Below are positions 13,801-27,700 of a DNA stretch of 64,000 nucleotides, piece after piece; position 1 is the first letter of the stretch, and the number at the start of each line of letters is the position of its first letter. The stretch lies in contig CM082594.2 of NCBI GenBank assembly GCA_040954595.2, forward strand, positions 2,713,319 to 2,777,318, in the 5' to 3' direction. The position numbers and the translations under genes are program-made. This stretch comes from Balanoglossus misakiensis (lineage: Eukaryota; Animalia; Hemichordata). The notes under the pieces are model-generated. The model saw only the letters and a list, made by a program, of their open reading frames with translations, was not told where the DNA came from and ran no database searches.

Positions 13801-16800
13801 GATATGACAAAGAACCTGTTAACTATTTTTATACAGGTCTTTGTGCACATACAAATCTCACAACACCTGAGGATGAGAGAAGGGTGAATGAACTGTCCTC
13901 TATTGGGAAGGTATCAGTGCACAGCAGCAGACAATGAAACCAGCATAGTTGCCTGGGGACTCTGAAAGAGCCCTGTTCTATGCAACCCCCCCCCCCCCCC
14001 CAAACCATAAATACTTTTCAGTGGTGAGAGTGGATTCACATACAAAGTCATGGGGATAGCTGTTTCAATCTATCCATATACAAAGTGATAAAGTTAGCAC
14101 TGTTTCAAACCTTTCATGCTCACAAGTAGTGACTTACCCTTTTCCTTTGCATGCTGTTTAACCTTTTCAACTTTGTCCAGTTCCTTCTTTTTAACACCTT
14201 GCTTCTTTTGAAGGTCTTTCTTTTCATCATACTTGATATCTGAATAACAAAATCAATGCAATATATTAATATATGAATGGTACATGTATAATGGTATTAA
14301 ACACAAAAAACACTGAATTCTGATCACCTGAATTTGCTTCATGCTAAGGGGTTGATCACAAGATACTGAATTGCATTGGGAGTAAACCAATCCCACAGCT
14401 TTTGCTGATCTTTCCATCAATCACATGGCCTGAAAGGTTCAAGAGACACATACACTTGTAGAAGTTGCGCAATACAAATGTGTATGCATTCTAGTTATTA
14501 CCTGTGTTGGGTACAGCCAGTAGATATAATCCATCAATAGTAGCAACCACTGGTGCTGAATAGAGATTCTTCCATGGGATGCTCAGTGTTAATTTTCCTA
14601 AATGTCCTGATTTGACTTTCACTGGTAAATCCAAATCATCCTGAAACAAACAAACAACGTATAATAATGACTCAGGTGAAATCAAATTAACAGCACATGG
14701 CCATTGAAGCAGATGTGCGGTTAGATGCAACTAAATAAATTTGTCCTAGATACTGTGTTTCTTTAAAAGTGGGTGAATTTGAACTGTATTATGTATATGC
14801 CCCCATGCATTGCTTGCTATGTAGTATATGTTGATATGCACCAGAGTGAAAGATAAAGTGAAGGGGTCGTTGCACTGCATTTGTTTGTTTATAAACATTA
14901 CAATTCATCCACAAATCCCTGAAATAGAATGAACGAAGCAGCTGACCGTATAGCGTAGACTGGGCATGACAGCAGCATAAGATCCTGGAATAAATGTGGA
15001 GTACATTTTTATGGTATTGTTTAATTTGCAGAGACTCCTGGTGACACAGTTTTGTTCTTATTAATCTTATTCCCAATATTGAAAAACAAACTCACCAAAG
15101 CACTCTCCTTGAGATCCAAGTTGTTCAGTACAATATCACCTACAACAGAGATACAGAAAGAGAATATAAATTATGACATGAACTGGCCAACATCTCAAAC
15201 TATACGCTGTAGGTTAACATATAAAAAATCCATAACATCCACTCTACATCATTTATACCTGAACTATTTCCATTGCCTTTATCTGTCCATTTAAAGATTT
15301 TTATATTCAATGATTTTAATACGAATTTGCTTAATTTGTGACTGTGTGAGAAATATAATCTCACAAACCAAGGACCTGGGATCATATTTCTCACACTCAT
15401 CCGGGAATTCTGTCCCACACTCACCAGCGTCTTGTGTGGGACAGAAAATCCACAACTCATGTGAGAAATATGATCCTACATGTATGTCCTTGGAAGTGTG
15501 AGATAGATTCTATTTCTCACATGACCACAAAGTTGTCAAATTAGTATTTATAAAATTGAATAATTGACTGTGTAACTGTTTTCTGGTACTTCTAGTTTCT
15601 GTTCATGTGCATTAATCATTTTCATCATCCAATCAGCACTCATGTCATATGACATTTTCAAGACTATATGACACTGTGAGATTGATTTATCCCATAGTAA
15701 ATTCTACACGTCTAGCAACCAGGGGGCGTGAGAACATGTATAGTGTGAGAGGAATTGATATGCAATGTAAGATCAATGGAAACAGTTCACGTCTTGTGAG
15801 TTATGGCTCTAGACACAAAAAATTGCAATAAAATACATGTAGCTGTCTCGCAGATCATCGTAAAAAGAAAATTGGTGTGCATTTGTCTGTCACAGTATAT
15901 TGTCTCTGAACCTAGTTTGAATGGGAATTGGTTCATGTAGCCTCTAAGTATTGACTCTGGAAATGAAAAATATTGTAACAAAAAGTTCAGCCAGTTGCCA
16001 TATTGGATTGTACAACAAAATAACTTATGCATGTCACAAACTGACAAGCTGTTATGTGTACATTGTTCAACAGAATACTAAAATGTCCTTGCAGCTAGAC
16101 TGATTAGAATTCTATGAGGCATGTCCCACCAAGTAATGGGACCAGACTGAGATATGAAAAGGGGTTCAGACTGGATAGTTTAAGGCGGTGTAGCACCAGT
16201 GTTGGGCCTGGGACAGTGTAAAATAACCAATATGGACACGCTGTGTCAGCCAAGGGGCAACTACTTAGTTTGGTCCACTCCCAGCAGGAAGAGGGGTTTG
16301 GGACCAAGCTAGAATTTAGGCTGACACTAATTCACATACATTTATGTAGAAGCGTTATGTCAGCCAAGTTGACACCGGCCTTCACATTGTCATATGCAGC
16401 AAGGCAGTGTGTAAAATGGTTGTTTGTTGGTAACTGCAGTACAGTGGAGACAAATTCTCAGTCTGCCCAAATTCGGGTTACAGTTTACATGTAGGGCGTG
16501 CGAATGCAGCCCAATTATATTCCCCACAGTACAGTTACTTGATGTCGCCCAAAATTTCAGTCGGATTGACGAATATGAACAATGTTAAAATTTCCATCTG
16601 GCCACATGTGCATACATGTATCTGTTGTGCCAAGGTTGAATAGAAAGGGTTCAGGCATGACTGAGTAATGGCACCAGGCATTAAATTTTTTTTTTAACAA
16701 AATGGCCACCATGTTGTTTTTTATTTCATACGATGACATAAGTTGACATGCATTGCATTTTTTATAAAAAATTGCCTCAAAAATAAACATTCCAATTTTT

Positions 16801-19800
16801 GTTACAAATACACCCCCCAGTCACAAGTATGCTGAATTTCAAAACAATCAAAAAACAATAACAATTGCCTAAATATATTATAAGCATGCAAATTTCACCA
16901 CAATGTGAACAAGTCTAAATGTAAGGTCACCCTTACAAACCTTCATTCCAACATTTAAAGCAACCAGACCAGCAGCTTCAGAGATGTCAATTGTTGATGG
17001 ACTGACAGACAGCTGAAGTGTCAGACAGAGGATAAAACAATCAACCAATGTGATATGCTTTGCATTGCTGTCAATGACAGAGCCAAAATATTAAGTTGTC
17101 TGAGATGATGCCTTTCTGCCAAATTTGAGAGCATCATTTTCATTCCGCTACAAAGAATTGGAGTTGTATACAAAAGCATAATAATATCAGCACCGGTTGT
17201 CATATTACATGCAATGGTCACATGATCACTCTTGAAACTGATCTGGCTGTCTGACTGATCTGCCCCAAGAACATCAAATGCTTGACCTGAGGTGACCTCT
17301 AGACCTACATGTATAAAATTTGTACTGAGCTAGAGTCCTTCCTATATGTACCACTAGCATTTACCAAAATGAGAACGAACAAATTGTTTCTTGAGACTTT
17401 GTATATTCTTTTATTTAAAAATGTTGAGCACTGTAAGAAAGTGGTTATATATTTTGTTCCAATCCATGTTCTTAGTCATAAATTTAATAGTAGCAGCCAC
17501 TAGGCACTTTGCTGGATATCCCTGAAGCATGAAAAAAATAATTCAAAGATAACTTGTCAATCTTGACAAGCTAATTACATGAGAAATACTGGCATTCCAG
17601 GAATGTCTAGCGCAATCCATGTAATTATGTTACACTTTGCAACCACTGTCTGTCTGTCTGTCTGATGATTCGGAGAAGTCATCCTGACACAAATATCTAA
17701 CACCAATAACAGGCAGATGTCCTTAATAACACAAATGTATGTAAATAGATTTATGGTGAAAGAATTGCCATTTTAAGAATATTAAACTTAATTCTGGATA
17801 TAGTGGTTCAAGTTATTATGTCTTGAAATGACATATCACACTCATGTTGTACACACAGACACTAGTAGTTTGAATGATCTGTGCAAGTGATAAGTTTTTT
17901 CTTTTGCCTCTTTCTTATTTGAAGTCTATCGTACATATTGCAAAAGCACATGGGCATCAGTGTGAATATTATAAATAAACAAATAAAAATAAATAAATAA
18001 ATAAATAAATTAGAAGATAGGCTAGATTAGATACAGTGGTCAAGTGATATCTGTTTTCGCGGACATTCGAAAATCATTTTTTTCTCTGTTTTACAAACAA
18101 CCTACATCATGTCCAGTTAAAAAATTTTTATGTGCTTTAGTTTCTCTGATATGTGCCGTTGAAGGCATTGTACTCTACTAGAGAGCTATTTTGGTAAAAG
18201 AAGTTATGGCCTCATAAAAGTCTAAAGGATAGCCAAATATACAAGGTTGAAGAGTGTTAAAAAGGCTTGTTAATGCACAAGTTTCAACCAGAAATTATAC
18301 AGAAATTTTGCAAAATAGGCAAATAAAATTTTTTAAAGGTTTTTGAAGAGGTGTGTCACATGACCACTATATAATTTAATGGTTGTGTATACTGTGCATG
18401 GTCAGATTCCCCTAGATCTAGACTTTCAGAAAATATTTACTACTTTTAGGGTTTAGGACTTAAATAGAAAAAGAACCATTCTTGAAATTGTCTATTTAAA
18501 TTGTCTACTCTAATTATGTCGCATCCTTAAACAAACTAGAATAACTGAACAAAATACCCTCATATAATTACACTCTGGTATATTTTTAGAAATTTGTACA
18601 TCATGTAATGGTCAAATATATTCATGTATTCATGCTCTGTCATTGTCAAAACAAACACAATCTAGGTCAGTTACTGGACATTTCATAGCATCTTCATTGA
18701 TTCCACTTATCCATCAAGGCCATTAATGTTTATGTCATTTTATGTTTTAATTAGGTTATTATATCAAAACAATGGTATGCACAGCAGATAATCAGACGAC
18801 TGTTTCTAGTCAAATGAATATATGCTTTTATAGTAACCACATAGCACACAATCCCACAATTACTTTTTACAACACCATCAGTAACACACTGAGGTCTGTA
18901 TTTTGCAAATTAGTAATATTACTCAACAGCTTTTGAGATGTTTTGGACCACTTTTCGACTGAAAATCAACATTTCTTGTTCTATCATCTACTCAAAATTT
19001 TAATTGTTTAATATAAACCCCAAAAGAGTAGTTTCACACCTTCCATTGTATTATTTGAACAAAGAGTCTCTAGTAAAGAGAGTCTTGTGTTGAAAGTCCA
19101 TTTTCCTATGGTGGAAGCTCCTCCCACACTTGCCTCTACTAAAGTTGTAGGCTGACCTGGTTTCCAAAAATGTTTCAATAATGTAGTTTTTTTCCAGGAA
19201 ATTTGACAGACCCACCTCTTATGATGATTTGAAAATGCTTCCATTATTGAACTACTTTTATTAGCCTCTAAATTATCACAAATGTTCAGACAACAAAATA
19301 ACATGTGACACCAATAAACATTGCAGATCACATTTCACTGACCCTGACACTTTGCATAACCTATATTTGACTTAAAATATAATCAAGGACATGTTGCTCC
19401 CATTTTGTCTCAAAAAAACGGAATATATCAACCAAAGTTCAAAGAAACAGAAAAAAAGCTTTTGAAACATATTTTTAAAAACAAAAATGACAAAAAATAA
19501 ATTCTAACTTACAAATTTGTTTTTATTCATTATAATTTTAATCATGATCACAAATAAGCACACAATAAAGATGTTTTTCACACACAATAGGCCCTATTGT
19601 AACACACCTCATCCGCACACTGTGTACTTATTGTCAATTGATAGTTATGTGGTGAGCATTCTTTTTTGTGCTGTTGCCTGAAATTTCACCATACACTTTG
19701 TGTATGGTGAGTTCTTATGCATGACTGCAGATGAGGTGTGTTACAAAACAAATATTGACTGGCTTTTCGGGCAACAGCATACGTCTTTCACCCCTCGAGA

Positions 19801-20438
19801 CTGTAAAAAAAAAAGTCACCCCCTAAAACGGTGTTTCACTCGGCCTTCGGCCTCGGGAAACAGTCTGTTTTTAGGGGGTGACTCACACTTCCCTCCGGTT
19901 ATAGACGTATGCTGTTGCCCTCATGACCAGTCAATATGTGTATACTGAGTAACCCACACTTGTTAAACAGGCCTGGATGCCAGAAGTTTAGGAAATAAAA
20001 CCAGTTTCCACCTATGCCCGGGAGATGAAGGGCCTAAGGGGGCGGTGCAGCCACAGCAGAACGCCATACTTTTATATGCATCACACCATCTATCTGATCA
20101 CAACATGTATGAATGTTGTTTTGGATCGGAGGCCACAAATGGCGGTGCCGTACTGAACAGCAGGCGTGGCTGTGCGCGCCACATCATGCATCAGTACGAC
20201 AGACAGCACCAGACTAATCCGGGGGGGGGGGAGGGGTTGCAAGTCTCATAACTGGCACTGTAGATCTATAAATCGGAATGTTCTTCGAAGGGTAAATCAA
20301 TAAAAGCAAAACTGCTGAAACAGGTGAATCGTACGTACCTCCCCAAATACTCAACTTCAGCTGTGACTTGTCCAAATTCTCCACGAAATCGCCCAAGTAT
20401 TTGTTCATAAGATCGGTTACCATCGATTCGAACACCAT
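1817..20438 (-). CDS. VPS13: VPS13A/C-type bridge-like lipid transfer protein (chorein N-terminal region), 5' 18 coding exons; gene continues beyond the left window edge
   Basis: Starts [34 protein letters not shown], the Chorein_N signature. GT-AG exons in consistent phase: 20438-20339, 15139-15096, 14640-14502, 14239-14138, 13150-12981, 12564-12505, 11429-11349, 9770-9713, 9313-9186, 8382-8276, 7608-7437, 7220-7025, 6221-6115, 5594-5449, 4288-4084, 3614-3556, 2552-2400, 1901-1817 (704 codons, no stop). Contains [36 protein letters not shown] and LYSAIGY motifs. A versus C cannot be resolved; probably the single invertebrate co-orthologue. Confidence 0.95.
2680..2863. mobile_element. Kolobok-like MITE family B
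   Basis: ttaa|aggtacacggtcacc...ggtgaccgtatacct|ttaa; other copies at 11059-11243, about 34460-34646 and partial at about 38525-38580. Confidence 0.82.
3253..3535. repeat. About 280-bp dispersed repeat; inverted copy at about 12635-12897
   Basis: ttctttactatcaatcacatgatctggcc...gcgtctgacgtcatttgatatc is reverse-complemented at 12635-12897. Confidence 0.8.
3753..4015. mobile_element. MITE family A, truncated copy
   Basis: ttaa|agggacaaagtctctctctcgctgcc plus the internal arm sequence; right end missing. Confidence 0.8.
5720..6086. mobile_element. MITE family A copy with a variant (family C-like) left end
   Basis: ttaa|agggacattagctgtaact... body of family A ...aaactttgtccct|ttaa. Confidence 0.8.
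6680..7000. mobile_element. Double-hairpin non-autonomous repeat
   Basis: Inverted pair tatattataccagtatattga (about 6681) / tcaatatactggtataatata (about 6837), then a 139-bp near-perfect palindrome at 6862-7000. Confidence 0.65.
7265..7388. mobile_element. MITE family A, right-arm fragment
   Basis: ggaagttgtgtgtggttgaa...gggcagcgagagagagactttgtccct|ttaa. Confidence 0.8.
8940..9145. mobile_element. Palindromic dispersed repeat; second copy at about 19735-19947
   Basis: catattgactggcc...ggccagtcaacatg arms around a cggccttcggcctcgg-type centre. Confidence 0.72.
11059..11243. mobile_element. Kolobok-like MITE family B (reverse orientation to the 2680 copy)
   Basis: ttaa|aggtatatggtcacc...ggtgactgtatgcct|ttaa. 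Confidence 0.82.
11972..12178. mobile_element. TA-flanked MITE (Tc1/mariner-like target)
   Basis: ta|ctgtaaaacactttattttcgcgag...ctcgcgaaaataaagtgttttacag|ta; related copies at about 2110-2290 and 6250-6447. Confidence 0.78.
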
Positions 20439-21929
20439 TTTGGCTCTCAAGTTTATCAGTCCTCGCACGGTAGAATTAGACAGTTTCTCAGTCAACAACA
20501 CTCAGGGAATAATTCTGGGTCTCCCGTTATACATGACTGACCCCCAACAAACAAGCCATACACCACCACTGGCCACTGCACTCAGTCCGTCTGTCAGGTC
20601 TGCTGATGATGACAACACGGTCGTTGATGAAGGATGATGCAGTCAGTACATGACCTGCAACTGCTGCACTGTGACCGGGTCATTGACCTTTTGGGATTTC
20701 CCTGCACCTTTCCCACCGCTGGCTGCGCTGTGCTGATGGTGAGAGATAAATCGAAAGCGACGTGAGTGCGTGAAAATCCCGAGTCGCTTGTCGGACTGAT
20801 GCTTATGGGGTGAGATCCCCGCCAAAACTAATACAATTTGATTAATGCGTTTTGCTATTTAATATTATTAATTATTTTTTATCATTATTTGCTAAACATT
20901 TTATATAACACGTCCAAACTGTCACCATGGTTAGATAGTCCATCCCTTCGCAAAGCAAGGGAAACGAACCATTTCCCAAAATAAATCGGGCACCAATTAC
21001 TCGACAAAACAACTGAAAGACATAGAAATAGTCAAAAAATAAAACGCAGGATACAGAAATCGCCACTAAGTAAAGCGAAAGCGGGCAAAGAAATCTCCAA
21101 ACATGGAGTCAAACTGCGAAAATGATTGTCCCGAGCTCTTGGGAAAACGGTGTTAAACGATCCATAAGTGCATTCGGGGTAAAAACGTCAAAATTATTCT
21201 TCGCGAATATAACAAGAGAAAGTGTATACATAGCATCAATTGGCCATCTTGATTAATTTTGCAAAAGATTATTAATATGACCATAGAAAAACTGCTTTTC
21301 GTAATTCATAGCTAAGCCTTATATTTCAAAACCAGGGAAATAACGTAACCCCAACCAGATTTTGATATTACTTTGAAAAATTGGCAATTATAAAAATGCC
21401 AATACTTTCAACTTCACCTATCGTACAGGGATGTGATCCAGCTTTCGAAAGTTTTTTTTTTACAGGGACAGTCTCAAGTATTTATAACTTTGTCATCACT
21501 ATGCTTCACAAGGACACAATACATGTACAAGTATTTTTAAATCTTTTAAGGGAATGCAAACACAAGTGAATGCACTTAATAGTTGCATTTGCTTAAAATG
21601 AAGTATTTATAGGGATACTTCCCTAAATGGTACGGAAGCGTATTGGAGCCAATTTGTAGGGAAAAAAAACATCTCGTTATAACGTTTTTTAATTGTCGGA
21701 ATAACGACTTCGTTATAACGTCTTTTAATCTCGTAAGGGCCGTCATTATTTATAGCCTGGGGGTCAGAATGATTGGGGAGGGGGGGGGGCTCAAAAATGA
21801 AAAGCTGGAAGACGGGGTTCTCAAAACGTGGGGAAGAAAGAAGTGACGACTACTCACTGTTTAGAAATATATCAAAGTATTTCAACTGAAGATTTAATCG
21901 TGAAAGGGTGCAGCAAATCAAAATAAGAC

Positions 21930-22142
21930 TTGGGTGAATGCCAAAAAATCTCACCAAAGTGAATAATCGGTGTTTACCATTTATTCATTTTGGGTGAGTT
22001 TTTACTCTCATATCATACAAGCGGGATGGAAGTTGTGTGTGGTTGAACGTTCATTCACTACATATGCACATGTACATTAACATAAACAGTGTCTTGTATC
22101 AAACAAAATTAATGGAAAAAGGGCGAGAGACACTTTGTCCCT
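21930..22142. mobile_element. MITE family A, partial
   Basis: Centre plus right arm ending cactttgtccct|ttaa. Confidence 0.78.
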
Positions 22143-22174
22143 TTAAGTTATGAGTGGAACAAAATCTATCTGTG

Positions 22175-22206
<32 letters not shown>

Positions 22207-22955
22207 TATACAGACATTGTGGCACCATAGGCCACCTTTAGCGCTTTGTGCCACAATGTCCAAAAATCAAGCACAGTGACATAGTGTTGTCTTTATATCA
22301 TTTAATAATACTCCTTTTTTTGGCACCTTTTGTTAAAATTTCAAGAAAATGACAAAATTGTAAAACTATTGCCAAGGATAATTTTCAAAATCCGTCATAA
22401 CACAAAGTTTTCATTATTTTCTTTGCATTTGAAAGAATACAGAACCATGAATTTTGAAAAAATGCAAGTACTTTGTGCCGTTCGCAAACAACACCACAAA
22501 CATTTACAGCTCTAATTAACATTTCTCAGCTCCAATAAACCTGCATTTTTCTGAAATTTCAGAATAACACACCAGATATATATTCTGAGTTCCTAGCATG
22601 GATTGGATTGCTTTTCCAACATACAAACAATTTTTGCAAAGGGAAATATCCACTTTGTTATTTAGTGAAATTTTGAAGTATTTTATGGCAATGTATTATG
22701 AACACCACAGAATTTACTCAGATAAACATGTTTATCTATATTCTCTTTAATGCCTTGTATAAATCTACAAAAATTGGCTAAATTGGTTGACAAATTAAAG
22801 TTGAGGAGTTTTGAACTTTTTCAAAATACTAGGAGTCAAAAATCCATAGAAAACAATGGAATGGTCAGATTTTGCATGTGCAATATTTGTGTCTGGAATG
22901 TTGCCAGTGTTAATAGCAACCAATGCACTCTTTGAATCCTTTGGTATTGCCTTAA

Positions 22956-23293
22956 AGGGACAAAATCTCTCTCTCGCTGCCCTTTTTCGATTAATAATGT
23001 GTGATACAAGACACCGTTTACGTTAATGTACATATGTATATGCAGTGAATGAATGTCCAACCACACACAACTTCCATCCCGCTTGTAGACACGAGAGTGA
23101 AAAACTCGCCAAAATGAATAATCTACTGTTTATTCATTTTGGCGAGATTTTCTCTCTCGTGTCTACAAACGGGATGGAAGTTGTGTGTGGTCGAACATTG
23201 ATTCACTATATATCCACATGTACAATAACATAAACGGTGTCTTATATCAAACATAATGGAAAAAGGGCAGCGAGAGAGAGAGACTTTGTCCCT
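22956..23293. mobile_element. Palindromic Kolobok/T2-like MITE, family A (full length)
   Basis: TTAA|AGGGACAAA(A/G)TCTCTCTCTCGCTGCCC...GGGCAGCGAGAGAGAGAGACTTTGTCCCT; the whole element is an imperfect foldback. TTAA target with AGG termini is typical of Kolobok-related MITEs. Confidence 0.85.
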
Positions 23294-24718
23294 GAAATGG
23301 CAACATTTGTTTTCAATAGATACAGTATCATCTGTCATTGGAAAAGCACCAGTAGGCTATATGGAGTATATGAGTTTATCAAGGGATGTGTGGAATGTGC
23401 ATGTTATGTACATCAAATTTCTTGATGCAAACATTTGTTTTTCAATAGAATTTCATGCACACAGAAATCACCCCACTCTACTCTTATTCATTTGATGACA
23501 TGAATCTGAAAAGTATGCATTATTGTATGTCTCTAATTTATAATTAATATCAAGTACATGTAGAAGCCTCTCACTGATCACATTTCACACAAACTAGTAC
23601 AAAAATAAATTATTGACAATTAAATAGAAAAAAAATATTTACACTACTTTCAAAAATAAAGCTATATTCATTGTGAAACGTCATGCAAATAACGTAATAT
23701 TAAATTAAGAAAAAAACTATTTATGGAAGAACATGTACATGCAGACATCATAAGGAAACTTGCAAAACACAGTATTGTATTATTTTACTGATGACATCAG
23801 CTCAATAAAATTCACATCATGTGTAAAAATGTATTGTATTACAGGTATATTGAAGACAATTTGCTCATGACAATGTTAAAAAAAATTGATTTACAATGCT
23901 CATTTCATGCTATATTAATTCACATGAGAATATATCGTGGTACTCCATTACTTAACATTTTATCCATACTCTCTATGAGAAACATTAACATTGGTGGGAA
24001 ATTAGCATCCCCCCAGGCCATTCAAATACAGACTATGTGTAGTTTGACATCTACAAGCTTGAAGAATACAGAAAAAAGGTCAAATATAGTGTCTTTGTAG
24101 TTAGCCTATTAAAATCATTCAACTTTTTTCACATTTTCTTATTTTTTCTGTTACAAAATTTCATAATGACCCAGTATCACTTCAGCTTATGAACTTCCAT
24201 TTCATAAACATTGCAAAATCGGCCATCTTGAAATTATGTCGACCATATGAGATTTTCATCACTCGACTCACCAAGGTAGTAAAACCTATTTAAGGCAAGG
24301 AGAATTGTCACAGAATAAGTGAGTTTGGTGTTTAAGTAGGTTTTCTATAATGTATGACACTGTGCAGTAAAAAATCTTGTGCATGACAAAAATATCTGTG
24401 AGCTCTCAGTAAAGACACTTAATTCAGAAAAATGCAAAAATGATTTGATTGATGTTATGCTTTTTAAAATGAAATCATTCATGTCATGTTATCTCTACCA
24501 AAATAATCTCTCCAAAATACATGGAACTCTGACTGTCAAAAGTACAGACATACATTATACCCTTTCATCGCCATGGTTCAGTCCAAACCCATTGTTTTTT
24601 CCTATGGTAAGGTTGACCTCCAAAGAGGGAACTGGGGGTGATAGGAATAATGAAAGTAATACAGATTTGGTCAATTTGTGTCATCAATTTGTGTCTTTTC
24701 ACTTATCATAATACTGAT

Positions 24719-27700
24719 CTAGTTGTCTGAAAGGTGAACTTCGTCTGTTATGACAATTGGTGAGGGGACCACTTCTTCCTGCAAAGAATTCAAGGAATCC
24801 ATCCCGTTTTCTCCATTCATTCCACGTCCAGCAGGCGGAATACCTATCTCCGCCTCTCCGTTGTCAACAACTTCGTCCTCGGCAACTTCAAAATCATCTT
24901 CATAGCTCTTCCCATTATGGCCATCATTATCATCATCATCATCGTCTTGGAGATGGACTTGCTCCTTGGGAGTCTGATCTTCTTCCCTGACAAGATTACT
25001 TTGAATCTTCCTTGGCTTTTCTTTCTCCAGCTGTGCAGTTTCATCGCCCGGTGTTTTGTCGAATACTAATTTCTGCTTTGAGGCGGACGGCAGATGGTAC
25101 GTCTGTGGTTGATGTTTCTGAAGTATAGATGCTACACCCGGCCGCCTGATGTCTTCTGGCGTCAAACCAACCAATGTACACAGCTGACCAAGCCTAAAAA
25201 AATAAAAGTAATTCCTACTATTATACACCTACTACTATAACCTATGAAGTTCTGTTATACAAGAATTCGCGGTATTAGAATACAATAATTATTCAAATGA
25301 GGATGCAGAATCCGTAAACACCAGGGTTACGGGGCATACTTTGACCTTTGACCTCACAGCTGTTCAACGTAAACAATGATGATATCACACCCTACACTGA
25401 CAAAAATTGATATAAAAAGCACACAGTCCTTATTAAACTAAATTATTGGTGACCAAAGATGCGAAAAAGTTAAAATCTTTGATGAAATTTCAGTCGAAGG
25501 AATATGTGAATGAACGAATGAACGAACGAGCGAGCATGTTCGTTTCAAGTTCCAGAACGAGGATGGAACGTCACGCGCGACATTCACCGCTGAGCATCAC
25601 CTCATGGGCGAGGTGAAGGCGCGTTTGATATGCAAATTACTTCATGGCGGTGTCTGAAAACTAGAAAGTCCGATAGCGGCCAATTTATCCTTTATCATTA
25701 ATCAAGGACGTCCGGAAAAAGTGTAAAACCAAAAAATTGGTATCTCACCCTGCATCTCTTAGTAGATCCAGAAAAGCATGGAATTTATTAAACGAAGCCT
25801 CAATGTTGTCGAGAACACTTTCGTCTTCATAATCAACTTCTCCTGCGCTTGATTTGCTTCTGAATGGTGATGCAGGACCTCTTGCCTCCATCATCTGAAG
25901 GTGATGTTTCAGACGGCTGTTTTCAACCTCCAACTGTTGATAGGCAAACAAAGTTAGGAATTACAGCAGGGAAATTAAATGCACATGAGCTGAACTGGAT
26001 AAAAAAGTAATCCCATATATGCTTTTAATTACGTCTACCCCGGTATTAAACAAAAGTATATCAAGATCAACACTCCTTTAAATGGCCAAAAATTAAAGAA
26101 AATTGAAAATTCTTGCAATTTTTAAAAAAGTGCAATATTACAATGAAAAAGAAAAATGTAATGTCTCAGCATAGTACATTTACTTTCATGCTTTGTTTAT
26201 GAAATTTCATAGTCGGAAATGCAACGCTTTCATTGTGTCTTGCATTTTCCCACAGTGGCGGCCATATTCCTTTGGGGCAAAGTTTTATTATTTATCTGGT
26301 TAAAACTTTCATATGCACTCATATATGCAATATATTTGAATGAGTTTGAGGACATACCATTATTATATGAATAATATGGTCAAATTTGTTTTATTTTGTT
26401 TTTCAGAAATATGGCCACACAATCTAATTTCATGTTCAGTGGAAAGCAGAGAAACATACCTCTACAATTCTGGAATCTGCTGCAGCTCTTGCTCTAGTCT
26501 CAACAAAAAATCTACGTTTCAGTTCCTCCAGTTCTACTTGCAAATCTTTGATGACTCTGGCGTCTTCGCCGTGACTTTCTTCCAGGAAACTTTGTTGCTT
26601 CAGGTGTCTTTCGTGCTGCAGTAGTTTCATGCTGGTGATAGGCGTGGAGCCTTCAGTGGATGCGTCAATCTCAGATGGAGAACTGTATCTATGGATCAGT
26701 ATTGAGGAAGACAGATCCGGCGTGGAATTCTCGCAGTGGGCTTCTATTGAAAGTATTCCTGGATCCCGATCTGCTGGGAAGTCTCTGCAAAATACGAACA
26801 CCCTGTTGTCAATTCTGTATTTGTTTTCTAATTATTTCTTTCAAATTATGTCTCTTTTTCTTTTCATTCATTGTATCTGATGGATTGTTGATCGTGCAAC
26901 CTTTGTGTTAAGTATAATTATAGAACCATTGACACAAAGTGTACAAGAGTCTGAATTTTCATTTTTGAGAAATGCCAGTTTTACTAAAAACACTAAAGAA
27001 CAACATTTCTAATCTGAAGGAGAATATCCTGAAAAGTACAAATATTATCACAAACGAAAAACATTACCAAAAAATAATAAAACGAGACAGTGGGAACATA
27101 CATCATGTATTCTTTATGTTGAAATACATCCCCAGTCCCCATGAGTACATTATATGTATGTAATGTTAATCCTATACCCAGAATGAATTGCAACATGTCA
27201 AAAGCAAAATTACCTGTGTCTACTGTGGGCTCTGGCTGCTGTCCTCCACGGCACAAATCCGGGACCAGGTCTGGAAACTTCGGGAGGGGAAAGTCCGGAA
27301 TGTCTACTTGCACTTCTTGAAGATACAGCCGACTTGCTCCGATTTTTTGAAACACTAGATCCGATGCGGATGGTGGTCTTCCTTCCAAAACCACTGTTTA
27401 ATGTCTTGGTTTTCTTGCGTGTCTTTGACTTCTTTCCCATCTCCTTGGGGGAGGTGATTTTCAACCATTTGAACTGGGTCAAGGAAAAACAAATCACAGA
27501 TACTGTGTAAAACATTGAATGGCTTTGTGTTTTTCAAAGCCCCATTAGCTGCAACTTTTGGGATAATTATAATTTTTTTTCAAACCATTAACCCATACAA
27601 ATGTATACAAGTACTATTAACCTTAAGTATGAGTGCATTTGCAAGTTTTATCCAGACAAATAAGAAAGCTTTGCTGCAAAGGAGAAGGCCGCCAACATGG

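Noticed and set aside
18032-19500. Possible degraded transposon including the 107-aa ORF at 19008-19331
   Set aside because: Could not identify matching TIRs or a transposase motif.
20580-20660. TGATGA-containing stretch resembling a C/D snoRNA
   Set aside because: No convincing terminal stem, D box spacing or rRNA guide.
22836-23495. Recurrent ORFs containing [13 protein letters not shown] or THNFHP
   Set aside because: Translations of the non-coding MITE family A arms.
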